64,000 nucleotides of DNA from Balanoglossus misakiensis (taxonomy: Eukaryota; Animalia; Hemichordata), in NCBI GenBank assembly GCA_040954595.2, contig CM082598.2, positions 9,873,097 to 9,937,096 of the forward strand, written 5' to 3'. The notes under the pieces were generated by a model. It had not been told where the DNA came from. It saw only the letters and a program-made list of their open reading frames with translations, and ran no database searches. Below are positions 60,249-64,000 of the stretch, one piece after another. The position numbers were made by a program, and so were the translations under genes. Position 1 is the stretch's first letter; every line of letters begins with the position of its first letter.

Positions 60249-63200
60249 GAAGAAAAACCCCAGTAATACCAATAGGGCCCAAGCCTGCTGGGCTTGGGCC
60301 CTAAAAAATCCCAGTAATACCAATAGGGCCCAAGCCTGCAGGGCTTGGGCCCTAAGAATATAGCTGCAAGCAGCAATAGTGGGCCCAAGCCAACATGCAC
60401 ATAGCAACATAGGAATAAGCAAATGTGCTCTTGATGCCAAGATATGGTAAAGTAGGTCAAAGGTCAACTGAGGTCATGTTATATTTGGGCAAGAAATTTT
60501 TACCGTATACTGGTCCATGTTCAACAAAAACCAAACCTATAGCCCTATTGGTTAGCCTGGAATTAGGTATGCACATAATTAATGAGGTAGGCAGGTGTCA
60601 CAGGTGACCCCCAATTTTGGCTTTTCAATTTTAGTCCCAACCCTCCAAACGCCAAGTCTGTACCTGCTCTGGGTGCCAAGATCTGGTAAAGTAGGTCAAA
60701 GGTCACCTGAGGTCATGCAAAATTTGGGCAAGAAATTTTGACCCTATACTGGTCCATGTTCAACAAAAACCAAACCTGTAGCCCTATTGGTTAGCCTGGA
60801 ATTAGGTATGCACATAATTAATGAGATATGCAGGTGTCACAGGTGAGCCCAAAATTTTGCCTTTTATTTTGGTCCCATTCAGCTTACTGGCCAATAGACA
60901 GTCACTTTACAGGACCATTGCACAGACCAGAATTCCACACTAAGACGTGTAGTGTTCATAGCTTAACAATAGAGGTATAAGTAAAAAGGTATAAATTTAA
61001 TTTAAAAAATTAATATAAAAAAATCGGTCGATTTTTCGTATTATTTTTTTTCGTTTAAAATGATTGACAAATGCTAGGCTAGCTGCACACCAAAGTTTGA
61101 GATGATCAGCCTAACAGATTTTGAGATATGTATGCATATTTATCCAAAATAATATGTGGTCATAGCTTTACTATGTAAAGTATAGGCCGATGGCTTGGGC
61201 GAAAAATATGGAAAATAATACTTAAAAATCTTCTCCTCAAAATTGACATGGCCTATGGCCTTGACATTTGGCATGTAGAACCCTGGCCATATGGTCCACA
61301 AAGTATCTGAACAGAATTTTGATATCTCAATTCATATGCAAATTAGGGCGATTTGAAAATTTTGCCCATATATGGTCATCAGGTCACGTGACTAATTAAA
61401 CATTCACGAGGGTACTGCACCAGTTCTCATTGGTCTGTACCATTGTGCTAAGTTTGAAATTGGTAGGTTCAGCCGTTCTCCAGATCTAGCTGGACAAAAA
61501 AACGACACAAGAAGAAGAAGAAGAAGAAGTAGAAGAATATAGCTGCAAGCAGCAATAGCGGGCCCAAGCCAACATAGCACATAGCACATAGCAACATAGC
61601 AATAAGCATATCTGCTCTGGATGCCAAGATATGGTAAAGTAGGTCAAAGGTCACCTGAGGTCATGCAAAATTTGGGCAAGAAATTTTGACCCTATACTGG
61701 TCCATGTTCAACAAAAACCAAACCTATAGCCCTATTGGTTAGCCTGGAATTAGGTATGCACATAATTAATGAGGTAGGCAGGTGTCACAGGTGATCCCCA
61801 ATTTTGGCTTTTCAATTTTAGTCCCAACCCTCCAAACGCCAAGTCTGTACCTGCTCTGGATGCCAAGATCTGGTAAAGTAGGTCAAAGGTCACCTGAGGT
61901 CACCCAAAATTTGGGCAAGAAATTTTGACCCTATACTGGTCCATGTCCCACAAGAACGAAACCTCTAGCCCTCTTCGTTAGCCCAGAATTAGGTATGCAC
62001 ATAATTAATGAGTTAAGCAGGTGTTACAGGTGAGCCTAAAATTTTGCCTTTTATTTTGGTGCCATTGTGCTCACTGACCAATAGATAGTCACTGTACAAG
62101 ACTATTGCACAGACCAGAATTCCACAATAAGACATGGACATAGCTTAACCATAGAGGTATAAATAAAGGTATAAATTTAATAAAAAAATTAATATAAAAA
62201 AATCGGTCGATTTTTCATATTATTTTTTTCCGCTTAAAATTATTGACAAATGCTAGGCTAGCTGCACACCAAAGTTGGAGATGATCGGCCTAACAGATTT
62301 TGAGATATGTATGCATATTTATCCAAAATAATATGTTGTCATAGCTTAACTATGTAAAGTATAGGCACATGGCTTGGGCGAAAAATATGAAAAATAATAC
62401 TTAAAAATCTTCTTCTCAAAATTGACATGGCCTATGGCCTTGACATTTGGCATGTAGAACCCTGGCCATGTGGTCCACAAAGCATCTCAACAGAATTTTG
62501 ATATCTCAATTCATATGCAAATTAGGCCGATTTGAAAATTTTGCCCATATATGGTCATCAGGTCACATGACTTATTAAACATTCACAAGGGTACTGCACC
62601 AGCTCTCATTGGCCTGCACCATTGTGCTAAGTTTGAAATTGGTAGGTTCAGCCGTTCTCCAGATCTACCTGGCCGAAAAAACTACACAAGAAGAAGTAGA
62701 AGAAAAAAGCCAACAATACCAATAGGGCCCAAGCCTGCTTGGCTTGGGCCCTAAAAAATCCCAGTAATACCAATAGGGCCCAAGCCTGCTGGGCTTGGGC
62801 CCTAAAAAACCCCAGTAATACCAATAGGGCCCAAGCCTGCTGGGCTTGGGCCCTAAATATAGCTGCAAGCAGCAATGGCGGGCCCAAGCCAACATAGCAC
62901 ATAGCAACATAGCAATAAGCATATCTGCTCTGGATGCCAAGATACGGTAAAGTAGGTCAAAGGTCACCTGAGGTCATGCAAAATTTGGTTGAGAAATTTT
63001 GACCCTATACTGGTCAATGTACAACAAAAACCAAAACTATAGCCCTATTGGTTAGCCTGGAATTAGGTATGCAGATAATTAATGAGGTAGGCAGGTGCCA
63101 CAGGTGACCCTCAATTTTGGCTTTTCAATTTTAATCCCAACCCTCCAAACGCCAAGTCTGTACCTGCTCTGGATGCCAAGATCTGGTAAAGTAGGTCAAA

Positions 63201-64000
63201 GGTCACCTGAGGTCATGCAACATTTGGGCATGAAATTTTGACCCTATACTGGTCCATGTTCAACAAAACCCAAACCTATAGCCCTATTGGTTAGCCTGGA
63301 ATTAGGTATGCACATAATTAATGAGATATACAGTTGTCACAGGTGACCCCCATTTTGGCTTTTCCATTTTAGTCCCAACCCTCCATATGCCATGTTTGTA
63401 CCTGCTCTGGATGCCGAGATATAGGAAAGTAGGTCAAAGGTCACCTGAGGTCACCCAAAATTTGGGCAAGAAATTTTGACCCTATACTGGTCCATGTCCC
63501 ACAAGAACGAAACCTCTAGCCCTCTTAGTTAGCCCAGAATTAGGTATGCACATAATTAATGAGTTAAGCAGGTGTTACAGGTGAGCCTAAAATTTTGCCT
63601 TTTATTTTGGTGCCATTGTGCTCACTGACCAATAGACAGTCACTGTACAGGACTATTGCACAGACCAGAATTCCACAATAAGACATGGACATAGCTTAAC
63701 CATAGAGGTATAATTAAAGGTATAAATTTCATAAAAAAATTAATATAAAAAAATCGGTCGATTTTTCATAGTATTTTTTTTCGCTTAAAATTATTGACAA
63801 ATGCTAGGCTAGCTGCACACCAAAGTTGGAGATGATTGGCCAAACAGATTTTGAGATATGTATGCATATTTATCCAAAATAATATGTGGTCTTAGCTTTA
63901 GTATGGAAAGTATAGGCCCATGGCTTGGTCAAAAAATATGAAAAATAATACTTAAAAATCTTCTTCTCAAAATTGGCATGGCCAATGTCCTTGACATTTG
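53396..64000 (-). repeat. Array of at least eight HINE family 2 bodies (1.1-1.6 kb each, with variable numbers of ~238-bp internal subrepeats)
   Basis: 3' stem-loops gctgcaagcagc at 53401, 54730, 56136, 57721, 58822, 60363, 61542 and 62862; (AAG)n before most junctions; 5' hairpins only at 60274-60353 (x2) and 62724-62854 (x3); runs off the window. Confidence 0.9.

Noticed and set aside
60260-62860. Palindromic ~30-bp repeats with short spacers resembling a CRISPR array
   Set aside because: Spacers are near-identical, there are no cas genes, the context is a eukaryotic intron, and the repeats are HINE 5' hairpin modules
53749-62967. Repeated short ORFs in the terminal array
   Set aside because: Incidental frames through repeat units and (AAG)n tracts, broken in sibling units

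Overview
Eukaryotic (AT-rich, spliceosomal introns; probably a marine invertebrate deuterostome, which is an inference) intron-dominated window. Six coding exons of RMC1 (C18orf8/Mic1, regulator of MON1-CCZ1) lie on the + strand from 8235 to 52271; the first and later exons were not found in the window. Almost everything else is transposon-derived. The 27.75-kb intron (24417-52167) is nearly all one Academ-type DNA transposon (24521-51690, TAG..CTA ends, GCA duplication). Nested inside it are a fragmented Mag-like Gypsy LTR element, several TIR elements, Helentron-type non-autonomous elements (HINEs) and a full-length decayed RTEX-like LINE. That LINE has a 161-bp target-site duplication and a 2A-like DIESNPGP motif after a hydrophobic leader in ORF1. 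The last 10.6 kb is an array of HINE bodies whose junctions suggest repeated insertion of the element into its own 5' T-run/microsatellite. Also present: a deleted Kolobok (THAP + KolX remnants) that splits a LINE RT, Harbinger/piggyBac/pogo-like MITEs, several hairpin-ended Crypton-like elements and many TACATGTA footprints. Superfamily calls come from termini, TSDs and remembered motifs, not from database searches.
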